From Eledone cirrhosa (taxonomy: Eukaryota): DNA of 64,000 bases. The number at the start of each line of letters is the position of its first letter. Position 1 is the first letter of the stretch. The notes beneath the pieces are model-generated. The model saw only the letters and a list, made by a program, of their open reading frames with translations. It did no database searches and was not told the origin of the DNA. The stretch lies in the NCBI GenBank assembly GCA_964016885.1, contig OZ024742.1, positions 331,576,001 to 331,640,000 on the forward strand, read 5' to 3'. Position numbers and translations under genes: made by a program. This document shows positions 28,531-42,300 of this stretch, in pieces.

Positions 28531-31500
28531 TTTTGGCAGAAGAGAGGATTTAGTGGCAGTTGGGGTGAACACTGAACACTGAACACTCAATATTGAAGAT
28601 TATTTTTGTCAGAAGAGAGGATTTAGTGGCAGTTGGGGTGAACACTGAACACTGAATATTGAATATTGAATGTTATTTTTGCAGAACAGAGGATTTAGTG
28701 GCAGTTGGGGTGAACACTGAACACTGAATATTGAATATTGAAGGTTATTTTTGCAGAAGAGAGGATTTAGTGGCAGTTGGGGTGAACAATGAACACTGAA
28801 CACTGAGTATTGAAGGTTATTTTTGCAGAAGAGAGGATTTAGTGGCAGTTGGGGTGAACACTGAACACTGAATATTGAATATTGAAGGTTATTTTTGCAG
28901 AAGAGAGGATTTAGTGGCAGTTGGGGTGAACACTGAACACTGAACACTGAATATTGAAGGTTATTTCTGGCAGAAGAGAGGATTTAGTGGCAGTTAGGGT
29001 GAACACTGAACACTGAATATTGAATATTGAAGGTTATTTTTGGCAGAAGAGAGGATTTAGTGGCAGTTGGGGTGAACACTGAACACTGAATATTGAAGGT
29101 TATTTTTGCAGAAGAGAGGATTTAGTGGCAGTTGGGGTGAACACTGAACACTGATCACTGAATATTGAAGGTTATTTTTGGCAGACGAGAGGATTTAGTG
29201 GCAGTTGGGGTGAACACTGAACACTGAATATTGAATATTGAAGGTTATTTTTGGCAGAAGAGAGGATTTAGTGGCAGTTGGGGTGAACACTGAACACTGA
29301 ATATTGAATATTGAAGGTTATCTTTGCAGAAGAGAGGATTTAGTGGCAGTTGGGGTGAACACTGATCACTGAATATTGAATATTGAAGGTTATTTTTGCA
29401 GAAGAGAGGATTTAGTGGCAGTTGGGGTGAACACTGAACACTGAATATTGAATATTGAAGGTTATTTTTGCATAAGAGAGGATTTAGTGGCAGTTAGGTG
29501 AACACTGAACGCTGAACACTGAATACTGAAGGTTCTTTTTGCAGAAGAGAGGATTTAGTGGCCGTTGGGGTGAACACTGAACACTGAATATTGAAAGTTA
29601 TTTTTGGCAGAAGAGAGGATTTAGTGGCAGTTGGGGTGAACTCTGAACACTGAATATTAAATATTGAAGGTTATTTTTGGCAGAAGAGAGGATTTAGTGG
29701 CAGTTGGGGTGAACACTGAACACTGATTATTGAAGGTTATTTTTGGCAGAAGAGAGGATTTAGTGGCAGTTTGGGTGAACACTGAACACTGAATATTGAA
29801 TATTGAAGGTTATTTTTGGCAGAAGAGAGGATTTAGTGGCAGTTGGGGTGAACACTGAACACTGAATATTGAAGGTTATTTTTGGCAGAAGATAGGATTT
29901 AGTGGCAGTTGGGGTGAACACTGAACACTGAACACTGAATATTGAAGGTTATTTTTGGCAGAAGAGAGGATTTAGTGGCAGTTGGGGTGAACACTGAACA
30001 CTGAATATTGAAGGTTATTTTGGCAGAAGAGGGGATTTAGTGGCAGTTGGGGTGAACACTGAACACTGAACACTGAATATTGAAGGTTATTTTTGCAGAA
30101 GAGAGGGTTTAGTGGCAGTTGGGGTGTACACTGTACACTGAATATTGAATATTGAAGGTTATTTTTGGCAGAAGAGAGGATTTAGTGGCAGTTTGGGTGA
30201 ACACTGAACACTGAATATTGAAGGTTATTTTTGGCAGAAGAGAGGATTTAGTGGCAGTTTGGGTGAACACTGAACACTGAATATTGAATATTGAAGGTTA
30301 TTTTTGGCAGAAGAGAGGATTTAGTGGCAGTTGGGGTGAACACTGAACACTGAATATTGAAGGTTATTTTTGGCAGAAGAGAGGATTTAGTGGCAGTTGG
30401 GGTGAACAATGAACACTGAATATTGAATATTGAAGGTTATTTTTGGCAGAAGAGAGGATTTAGTGGCAGTTGGGTTGAACACTGAACACTGAATATTGAA
30501 GGTTATTTTTGCAGAAGAGAGGATTTAGTGGCAGTTGGGGTGAACACTGAACACTGAACACTGAATATTGAAAGTTATTTTTGGCAGACGAGAGGATTTA
30601 GTGGCAGTTGGGTTGAACACTGAACACTGAATATTGAATATTGAAGGTTATTTTTGGCAGAAGAGAGGATTTAGTGGCAGTTGAGCTGAACACTGAACAC
30701 TGAATATTGAATATTGAAGGTTATATTTGCAGAAGAGAGGATTTAGTGGCAGTTGGGTGAACACTGAACACTGAACATTGAATATTGAAGGTTATTTTTG
30801 GCAGAAGAGAGGATTTAGTGGCAGTTGGGGTGAAGACTAAACACTGAACACTGAATATTGAAGGTTATTTTTGCAGAGGAGAGGATTTAGTGGCAGTTGG
30901 GGTGAACACTGAACACTGAACACTGAATATTGAAGGTTATTTTTGGCAGAAGACAAGATTTAGTGGCAGTTGGGGTGAACACTGAACAGTGAACACTGAA
31001 TATTGAAGGTTATTTTTGGCAGAAAAGAGAGGATTTAGTGGCAGTTGGGGTGAACACTGAACACTGAACATTGAATATTGAAGGTTATTTTTGCAGAAGA
31101 GAGGATTTAGTGGCAGTTGGGGTGAACACTGAACACTGAACACTGAATACTGAACACTGAATATTGAAGGTTATTTTTGGCAGAAGAGAGGATTTAGTGG
31201 CAGTTGGGGTGAACACTGAACACTGAACACTCAATATTGAAGATTATTTTTGTCAGAAGAGAGGATTTAGTGGCAGTTGGGGTGAACACTGAACACTGAT
31301 ACCTGAATATTGAAGGTTATTTTTGGCAGAAGAGAGGATTTAATGGCAGTTGGGGTGAACACTGAACAGTGAACACTGAATATTGAAGGTTCTTTTTGGC
31401 AGAAGAGAGGATTTAGTGGCAGTTGGGGTGAACACTGAACACTGAACATTGAATATTGAAGGTTATTTTTGCAGAAGAGAGGATTTCGTGGCAGTTGGGG

Positions 31501-31969
31501 TGAACACTGAACACTGAACACTGAATACTGAACACTGAATATTGAAGGTTATTTTTGGCAGAAGAGAGGATTTAGTGGCAGTTGGGGTGAACACTGAACA
31601 CTGAACACTCAATATTGAAGATTATTTTTGTCAGAAGAGAGGATTTAGTGGCAGTTGGGGTGAACACTGAACACTGATACCTGAATATTGAAGATTATTT
31701 TTGGCAGAAGAGAGGATTTAGTGGCAGTTGGGGTGAACACTAAATATTAAAGGTTATTTTTGGCACAAGAGAGGATTTAGTGGCAGTTGGGGTGAACACT
31801 GAACACTGAATATTGAAGGTTATTTTTGGCAGAAGAGAGGATTTAGTGGCAGTTGGGGTGAACACTGAATATTGAAGGTTATCTTTGGCAGAAGAGAGGA
31901 TTTAGTGGCAGTTGGGGTGAACACAGAATATTGAATATTGAAGTTTATTTTTGCAGAAGAGAGGATTTA

Positions 31970-32400
31970 GTGACAGTTGGGGTGAACACTGAACACTGAA
32001 TATTGAATATTGAAGGTTATTTTTGCAGAAGAGAGGATTTAGTGGCAGTTGGGGTGAACACTGAACACTGAATATTGAATATTGAAGGTTCTTTTTGCAG
32101 AAGAGAGGATTTAGTGGCAGTTGGGGTGAACACTGAACACTGAATATTGAAGGTTATTTTTGGCAGAAGAGTGGATTTAGTGGCAGTTGGGGTGAACACT
32201 GAACACTGAATATTGAATATTGAAGGTTATTTTTGCAGAAGAGAGGATTTAGTGGCAGTTGGGGTGAACACTGAACACTGAATATTGAATATTGAAGGTT
32301 CTTTTTGCAGAAGAGAGGATTTAGTGGCAGTTGGGGTGAACACTGAACACTGAATATTGAAGGTTATTTTTGGCAGAAGAGAGGATTTAGTGGCAGTTGG
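31970..32400 (+). repeat. Three-monomer (210-bp) tandem duplication
   Basis: ORFs at 32017 and 32227. 210 = 72+72+66, and both copies carry GGTTCTTTT. Confidence 0.8.
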
Positions 32401-33399
32401 GGTGAACACTGAACACTGAACACTGAATATTGAAGGTTATTTTTGGCAGACGAGAGGATTTAGTGGCAGTTGGGTTGAACACTGAACACTGAATATTGAA
32501 TATTGAAGGTTATTTTTGGCAGAAGAGAGGATTTAGTGGCAGTTGGGCTGAACACTGAACACTGAATATTGAATATTGAAGGTTATATTTGCAGAAGAGA
32601 GGATTTAGTGGCAGTTGGGTGAACACTGAACACTGAACATTGAATATTGAAGGTTATTTTTGGCAGAAGAGAGGATTTAGTGGCAGTTGGGGTGAAGACT
32701 AAACACTGAACACTGAATATTGAAGGTTATTTTTGCAGAGGAGAGGATTTAGTGGCAGTTGGGGTGAACACTGAACACTGAACACTGAATATTGAAGGTT
32801 ATTTTTGGCAGAAGACAAGATTTAGTGGCAGTTGGGGTGAACACTGAACAGTGAACACTCAATATTGAAGGTTATTTTTGGCAGAAGAGAGGATTTAGTG
32901 GCAGTTGGGGTGAACACTGAACACTGAACATTGAATATTGAAGGTTATTTTTGCAGAAGAGAGGATTTAGTGGCAGTTGGGGTGAACACTGAACACTGAA
33001 CACTGAATACTGAACACTGAATATTGAAGGTTATTTTTGGCAGAAGAGAGGATTTAGTGGCAGTTGGGGTGAACACTGAACACTGAACACTCAATATTGA
33101 AGATTATTTTTGTCAGAAGAGAGGACTTAGTGGCAGTTGGGTGAACACTGAACACTGATACCTGAATATTGAAGGTTATTTTTGGCAGAAGAGAGGATTT
33201 AATGGCAGTTGGGGTGAACACTGAACAGTGAACACTGAATATTGAAGGTTCTTTTTGGCAGAAGAGAGGATTTAGTGGCAGTTGGGGTGAACACTGAACA
33301 CTGAACATTGAATATTGAAGGTTATTTTTGCAGAAGAGAGGATTTCGTGGCAGTTGGGGTGAACACTGAACACTGAACACTGAATACTGAACACTGAAT

Positions 33400-36300
33400 A
33401 TTGAAGGTTATTTTTGGCAGAAGAGAGGATTTAGTGGCGGTTGGGGTGAACACTGAACACTGAACACTCAATATTGAAGATTATTTTTGTCAGAAGAGAG
33501 GATTTAGTGGCAGTTGGGGTGAACACTGAACACTGATACCTGAATATTGAAGATTATTTCTGGCAGAAGAGAGGATTTAGTGGCAGTTGGGGTGAACACT
33601 GAATATTAAAGGTTATTTTTGGCAGAAGAGAGGATTTAGTGGCAGTTGGGGTGAACACTGAACACTGAATATTGAAGGTTATTTTTGGCAGAAGAGAGGA
33701 TTTAGTGGCAGTTGGGGTGAACACTGAACACTGAATATTGAAGGTTATTTTTGGCAGAAGAGAGGATTTAGTGGCAGTTGGGGTGAACACAGAATATTGA
33801 ATATTGAAGTTTATTTTTGCAGAAGAGAGGATTTAGTGACAGTTGGGGTGAACACTGAACACTGAATATTGAATATTGAAGGTTATTTTTGCAGAAGAGA
33901 GGATTTAGTGGCAGTTGGGGTGAACACTGAACACTGAATATTGAATATTGAAGGTTCTTTTTGCAGAAGAGAGGATTTAGTGGCAGTTGGGGTGAACACT
34001 GAACACTGAATATTGAAGGTTATTTTTGGCAGAAGAGAGGATTTAGTGGCAGTTGGGGTGAACACTGAACACTGAATATTGAATATTGAAGGTTATTTTT
34101 GGCAGAAGAGAGGATTTAGTGGCAGTTGGGGTGAACACTGAACACTGATTATTGAAGGTTATTTTTGGCAGAAGAGAGGATTTAGTGGCAGTTTGGGTGA
34201 ACACTGAACACTGAATATTGAATATTGAAGGTTATTTTTGGCAGAAGAGAGGATTTAGTGGCAGTTGGGGTGAACACTGAACACTGAATATTGAAGGTTA
34301 TTTTTGGCAGAAGATAGGATTTAGTGGCAGTTGGGGTGAACACTGAACACTGAACACTGAATATTGAAGGTTATTTTTGGCAGAAGAGAGGATTTAGTGG
34401 CAGTTGGGGTGAACACTGAACACTGAATATTGAAGGTTATTTTTGCAGAAGAGAGGATTTATGGCAGTTGGGGTGAACACTGAACACTGAACACTGAATA
34501 TTGAAGGTTATTTTTGCAGAAGAGAGGGTTTAGTGGCAGTTGGGGTGTACACTGTACACTGAATATTGAATATTGAAGGTTATTTTTGGCAGAAGAGAGC
34601 ATTTAGTGTCAGTTTGGGTGAACACTGAACACTGAATATTGAAGGTTATTTTTGGCAGAAGAGAGGATTTAGTGGCAGTTTGGGTGAACACTGAACACTG
34701 AATATTGAATATTGAAGGTTATTTTTGGCAGAAGAGAGGATTTAGTGGCAGTTGGGGTGAACACTGAACACTGAATATTGAAGGTTATTTTTGGCAGAAG
34801 ATAGGATTTAGTGGCAGTTGGGGTGAACAATGAACACTGAATATTGAATATTGAAGGTTATTTTTGGCAGAAGAGAGGATTTAGTGGCAGGTGGGTTGAA
34901 CACTCAACACTGAATATTGAAGGTTATTTTTGCAGAAGAGAGGATTTAGTGGCAGTTGGGGTGAACACTGAACACTGAACACTGAATATTGAAGGTTATT
35001 TTTGGCAGACGAGAGGATTTAGTGGCAGTTGGGGTGAACACTGAACACTGAATATTGAATATTGAAGGTTATTTTTGGCAGAAGAGAGGATTTAGTGGCA
35101 GTTGGGCTGAACACTGAACACTGAATATTGAATATTGAAGGTTATATTTGCAGAAGAGAGGATTTAGTGGCAGTTGGGTGAACACTGAACACTGAACACT
35201 GAATATTGAAGGTTATTTTTGGCAGAAGAGAGGATTTAGTGGCAGTTGGGGTGAAGACTAAACACTGAACACTGAATATTGAAGGTTATTTTTGCAGAGG
35301 AGAGGATTTAGTGGCAGTTGGGGTGAACACTGAACACTGAACACTGAATATTGAAGGTTATTTTTGGCAGAAGACAAGATTTAGTGGCAGTTGGGGTGAA
35401 CACTGAACAGTGAACACTGAATATTGAAGGTTATTTTTGGCAGAAGAGAGGATTTAGTGGCAGTTGGGGTGAACACTGAACACTGAACATTGAATATTGA
35501 AGGTTATTTTTGCAGAAGAGAGGATTTAGTGGCAGTTGCGGTGAACACTAAACACTGAACACTGAATACTGAACACTGAATATTGAAGGTTATTTTTGGC
35601 AGAAGAGAGGATTTAGTGGCAGTTGGGGTGAACACTGAACACTGAACACTCAATATTGAAGATTATTTTTGTCAGAAGAGAGGATTTAGTGGCAGTTGGG
35701 GTGAACACTGAACACTGATACCTGAATATTGAAGGTTATTTTTGGCAGAAGAGAGGATTTAGTGGCAGTTGGGGTGAACACTGAACAGTGAACACTGAAT
35801 ATTGAAGGTTATTTTTGGCAGAAGAGAGGATTTAGTGGCAGTTGGGGTGAACACTGAACACTGAACATTGAATATTGAAGGTTATTTTTGCAGAAGAGAG
35901 GATTTAGTGGCAGTTGGGGTGAACACTGAACACTGAACACTGAATACTGAACACTGAATATTGAAGGTTATTTTTGGCAGAAGAGAGGATTTAGTGGCAG
36001 TTGGGGTGAACACTGAACACTGAACACTCAATATTGAAGATTATTTTTGTCAGAAGAGAGGATTTAGTGGCAGTTGGGGTGAACACTGAACACTGATACC
36101 TGAATATTGAAGGTTATTTTTGGCAGAAGAGAGGATTTAGTGGCAGTTGGGGTGAACACTGAATATTAAAGGTTATTTTTGGCAGAAGAGAGGATTTAGT
36201 GGCAGTTGGGGTGAACACTGAACACTGAATATTGAAGGTTATTTTTGGCAGAAGAGAGGATTTAGTGGCAGTTGGGGTGAACACTGAATATTGAAGGTTA

Positions 36301-39300
36301 TATTTGGCAGAAGAGAGGATTTAGTGGCAGTTGGGGTGAACACTGAATATTGAATATTGAAGTTTATTTTTGCAGAAGAGAGGATTTAGTGACAGTTGGG
36401 GTGAACACTGAACACTGAATATTGAATATTGAAGGTTATTTTTGCAGAAGAGAGGATTTAGTGGCAGTTGGGGTGAACACTGAACACTGAATATTGAATA
36501 TTGAAGGTTATTTTTGCAGAAGAGAGGATTTAGTGGCAGTTGGGGTGAACACTGAACACTGAATATTGATTATTGAAGGTTATTTTTGCAGAAGAGAGGA
36601 TTTAGTGGCAGTTGGGGTGAACAATGAACACTGAACACTGAATATTGAAGGTTATTTTTGCAGAAGAGAGGATTTAGTGGTAGTTGGGGTGAACACTGAA
36701 CACTGAATATTGAATATTGAAGGTTATTTTTGGCAGAAGAGAGGATTTAGTGGCAGTTGGGGTGAACACTGAACACTGAATATTGAAGGTTATTTTTGCA
36801 GAAGAGAGGATTTAGTGGCAGTTGGGGTGAACACTGAACACTGATCACTGAATATTGAAGGTTATTTTTGGCAGACGAGAGGATTTAGTGGCAGTTGGGG
36901 TGAAGACTGAACACTGAATATTGAATATTGAAGGTTATGTTTGGCATAAGAGAGGACTTAGTGGCAGTTGGGGTGAACACTGAACACTGAATATTGAATA
37001 TTGAAGGTTATCTTTGCAGAAGAGAGGATTTAGTGGCAGTTGGTGTGAACACTGATCACTGAATATTGAATATTGAAGGTTATTTTTGCAGAAGAGAGGA
37101 TTTAGTGGCAGTTGGGGTGAACACTGAACACTGAATATTGAATATTGAAGGTTATTTTTGCATAAGAGAGGATTTAGTGGCAGTTGGGTGAACACTGAAC
37201 GCTGAACACTGAATATTGAAGGTTCTTTTTGCAGAAGAGAGGATTTAGTGGCAGTTGGGGTGAACACTGAACACTGAATATTGAAGGTTATTTTTGGCAG
37301 AAGAGAGGATTTAGTGGCAGTTTGGGTGAACACTGAACACTGAATATTGAATATTGAAGGTTATTTTTGGCAGAAGAGAGGATTTAGTGGCAGTTGGGGT
37401 GAACACTGAACACTGATTATTGAAGGTTATTTTTGGCAGAAGAGAGGATTTAGTGGCAGTTTGGGTGAACACTGAACAGTGAACACTGAATATTGAAGGT
37501 TATTTTTGGCAGAAGAGAGGATTTAGTGGCAGTTGGGGTGAACACTGAACACTGAACATTGAATATTGAAGGTTATTTTTGCAGAAGAGAGGATTTAGTG
37601 GCAGTTGGGGTGAACACTGAACACTGAACACTGAATACTGAACACTGAATATTGAAGGTTATTTTTGGCAGAAGAGAGGATTTAGTGGCAGTTGGGGTGA
37701 ACACTGAACACTGAACACTCAATATTGAAGATTATTTTTGTCAGAAGAGAGGATTTAGTGGCAGTTGGGGTGAACACTGAACACTGATACCTGAATATTG
37801 AAGATTATTTCTGGCAGAAGAGAGGATTTAGTGGCAGTTGGGGTGAACACTGAATATTAAAGGTTATTTTTGGCAGAAGAGAGGATTTAGTGGCAGTTGG
37901 GGTGAACACTGAACACTGAATATTGAAGGTTATTTTTGGCAGAAGAGAGGATTTAGTGGCAGTTGGGGTGAACACTGAATATTGAAGGTTATCTTTGGCA
38001 GAAGAGAGGATTTAGTGGCAGTTGGGGTGAACACAGAATATTGAATATTGAAGTTTATTTTTGCAGAAGAGAGGATTTAGTGACAGTTGGGGTGAACACT
38101 GAACACTGAATATTGAATATTGAAGGTTATTTTTGCAGAAGAGAGGATTTAGTGGCAGTTGGGGTGAACACTGAACACTGAATATTGAATATTGAAGGTT
38201 CTTTTTGCAGAAGAGAGGATTTAGTGGCAGTTGGGGTGAACACTGAACACTGAATATTGAAGGTTATTTTTGGCAGAAGAGAGGATTTAGTGGCAGTTGG
38301 GGTGAACACTGAACACTGAATATTGAATATTGAAGGTTATTTTTGGCAGAAGAGAGGATTTAGTGGCAGTTGGGGTGAACACTGAACACTGATTATTGAA
38401 GGTTATTTTTGGCAGAAGAGAGGATTTAGTGGCAGTTTGGGTGAACACTGAACACTGAATATTGAATATTGAAGGTTATTTTTGGCAGAAGAGAGGATTT
38501 AGTGGCAGTTGGGGTGAACACTGAACACTGAATATTGAAGGTTATTTTTGGCAGAAGATAGGATTTAGTGGCAGTTGGGGTGAACACTGAACACTGAACA
38601 CTGAATATTGAAGGTTATTTTTGGCAGAAGAGAGGATTTAGTGGCAGTTGGGGTGAACACTGAACACTGAATATTGAAGGTTATTTTTGCAGAAGAGAGG
38701 ATTTATGGCAGTTGGGGTGAACACTGAACACTGAACACTGAATATTGAAGGTTATTTTTGCAGAAGAGAGGGTTTAGTGGCAGTTGGGGTGTACACTGTA
38801 CACTGAATATTGAATATTGAAGGTTATTTTTGGCAGAAGAGAGCATTTAGTGTCAGTTTGGGTGAACACTGAACACTGAATATTGAAGGTTATTTTTGGC
38901 AGAAGAGAGGATTTAGTGGCAGTTTGGGTGAACACTGAACACTGAATATTGAATATTGAAGGTTATTTTTGGCAGAAGAGAGGATTTAGTGGCAGTTGGG
39001 GTGAACACTGAACACTGAATATTGAAGGTTATTTTTGGCAGAAGATAGGATTTAGTGGCAGTTGGGGTGAACAATGAACACTGAATATTGAATATTGAAG
39101 GTTATTTTTGGCAGAAGAGAGGATTTAGTGGCAGGTGGGTTGAACACTCAACACTGAATATTGAAGGTTATTTTTGCAGAAGAGAGGATTTAGTGGCAGT
39201 TGGGGTGAACACTGAACACTGAACATTGAATATTGAAGGTTATTTTTGCAGAAGAGAGGATTTAGTGGCAGTTGGGGTGAACACTGAACACTGAACACTG

Positions 39301-42300
39301 AATACTGAACACTGAATATTGAAGGTTATTTTTGGCAGAAGAGAGGATTTAGTGGCAGTTGGGGTGAACACTGAACACTGAACATTGAATATTGAAGGTT
39401 ATTTTTGCAGAAGAGAGGATTTAGTGGCAGTTGGGGTGAACACTGAACACTGAACACTGAATACTGAACACTGAATATTGAAGGTTATTTTTGGCAGAAG
39501 AGAGGATTTAGTGGCAGTTGGGGTGAACACTGAACACTGAACACTCAATATTGAAGATTATTTTTGTCAGAAGAGAGGATTTAGTGGCAGTTGGGGTGAA
39601 CACTGAACACTGATACCTGAATATTGAAGATTATTTCTGGCAGAAGAGAGGATTTAGTGGCAGTTGGGGTGAACACTGAATATTAAAGGTTATTTTTGGC
39701 AGAAGAGAGGATTTAGTGGCAGTTGGGGTGAACACTGAACACTGAATATTGAAGGTTATTTTTGGCAGAAGAGAGGATTTAGTGGCAGTTGGGGTGAACA
39801 CTGAATATTGAAGGTTATCTTTGGCAGAAGAGAGGATTTAGTGGCAGTTGGGGTGAACACAGAATATTGAATATTGAAGTTTATTTTTGCAGAAGAGAGG
39901 ATTTAGTGACAGTTGGGGTGAACACTGAACACTGAATATTGAATATTGAAGGTTATTTTTGCAGAAGAGAGGATTTAGTGGCAGTTGGGGTGAACACTGA
40001 ACACTGAATATTGAATATTGAAGGTTCTTTTTGCAGAAGAGAGGATTTAGTGGCAGTTGGGGTGAACACTGAACACTGAATATTGAAGGTTATTTTTGGC
40101 AGAAGAGAGGATTTAGTGGCAGTTGGGGTGAACACTGAACACTGAATATTGAATATTGAAGGTTATTTTTGGCAGAAGAGAGGATTTAGTGGCAGTTGGG
40201 GTGAACACTGAACACTGATTATTGAAGGTTATTTTTGGCAGAAGAGAGGATTTAGTGGCAGTTTGGGTGAACACTGAACACTGAATATTGAATATTGAAG
40301 GTTATTTTTGGCAGAAGAGAGGATTTAGTGGCAGTTGGGGTGAACACTGAACACTGAATATTGAAGGTTATTTTTGGCAGAAGATAGGATTTAGTGGCAG
40401 TTGGGGTGAACACTGAACACTGAACACTGAATATTGAAGGTTATTTTTGGCAGAAGAGAGGATTTAGTGGCAGTTGGGGTGAACACTGAACACTGAATAT
40501 TGAAGGTTATTTTTGCAGAAGAGAGGATTTATGGCAGTTGGGGTGAACACTGAACACTGAACACTGAATATTGAAGGTTATTTTTGCAGAAGAGAGGGTT
40601 TAGTGGCAGTTGGGGTGTACACTGTACACTGAATATTGAATATTGAAGGTTATTTTTGGCAGAAGAGAGCATTTAGTGTCAGTTTGGGTGAACACTGAAC
40701 ACTGAATATTGAAGGTTATTTTTGGCAGAAGAGAGGATTTAGTGGCAGTTTGGGTGAACACTGAACACTGAATATTGAATATTGAAGGTTATTTTTGGCA
40801 GAAGAGAGGATTTAGTGGCAGTTGGGGTGAACACTGAACACTGAATATTGAAGGTTATTTTTGGCAGAAGATAGGATTTAGTGGCAGTTGGGGTGAACAA
40901 TGAACACTGAATATTGAATATTGAAGGTTATTTTTGGCAGAAGAGAGGATTTAGTGGCAGGTGGGTTGAACACTCAACACTGAATATTGAAGGTTATTTT
41001 TGCAGAAGAGAGGATTTAGTGGCAGTTGGGGTGAACACTGAACACTGAACACTGAATATTGAAGGTTATTTTTGGCAGACGAGAGGATTTAGTGGCAGTT
41101 GGGGTGAACACTGAACACTGAATATTGAATATTGAAGGTTATTTTTGGCAGAAGAGAGGATTTAGTGGCAGTTGGGCTGAACACTGAACACTGAATATTG
41201 AATATTGAAGGTTATATTTGCAGAAGAGAGGATTTAGTCGCAGTTGGGTGAACACTGAACACTGAACACTGAATATTGAAGGTTATTTTTGGCAGAAGAG
41301 AGGATTTAGTGGCAGTTGGGGTGAAGACTAAACACTGAACACTGAATATTGAAGGTTATTTTTGCAGAGGAGAGGATTTAGTGGCAGTTGGGGTGAACAC
41401 TGAACACTGAACACTGAATATTGAAGGTTATTTTTGGCAGAAGACAAGATTTAGTGGCAGTTGGGGTGAACACTGAACAGTGAACACTGAATATTGAAGG
41501 TTATTTTTGGCAGAAGAGAGGATTTAGTGGCAGTTGGGGTGAACACTGAACACTGAACATTGAATATTGAAGGTTATTTTTGCAGAAGAGAGGATTTAGT
41601 GGCAGTTGGGGTGAACACTGAACACTGAACACTGAATACTGAACACTGAATATTGAAGGTTATTTTTGGCAGAAGAGAGGATTTAGTGGCAGTTGGGGTG
41701 AACACTGAACACTGAACACTCAATATTGAAGATTATTTTTGTCAGAAGAGAGGATTTAGTGGCAGTTGGGGTGAACACTGAACACTGATACCTGAATATT
41801 GAAGGTTATTTTTGGCAGAAGAGAGGATTTAGTGGCAGTTGGGGTGAACACTGAACAGTGAACACTGAATATTGAAGGTTATTTTTGGCAGAAGAGAGGA
41901 TTTAGTGGCAGTTGGGGTGAACACTGAACACTGAATATTGAATATTGAAGGTTATTTTTGCAGAAGAGAGGATTTAGTGGCAGTTGGGGTGAACACTGAA
42001 CACTGAACACTGAATACTGAACACTGAATATTGAAGGTTATTTTTGGCAGAAGAGAGGATTTAGTGGCAGTTGGGGTGAACACTGAACACTGAACACTCA
42101 ATATTGAAGATTATTTTTGTCAGAAGAGAGGATTTAGTGGCAGTTGGGGTGAACACTGAACACTGATACCTGAATATTGAAGGTTATTTTTGGCAGAAGA
42201 GAGGATTTAGTGGCAGTTGGGGTGAACACTGAATATTAAAGGTTATTTTTGGCAGAAGAGAGGATTTAGTGGCAGTTGGGGTGAACACTGAACACTGAAT

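Noticed and set aside
31021-31032. Singleton 2-bp insertion AGAAAAGAGAGG
   Set aside because: It was seen only once and could be a private mutation or a sequencing error, so no inference is possible.
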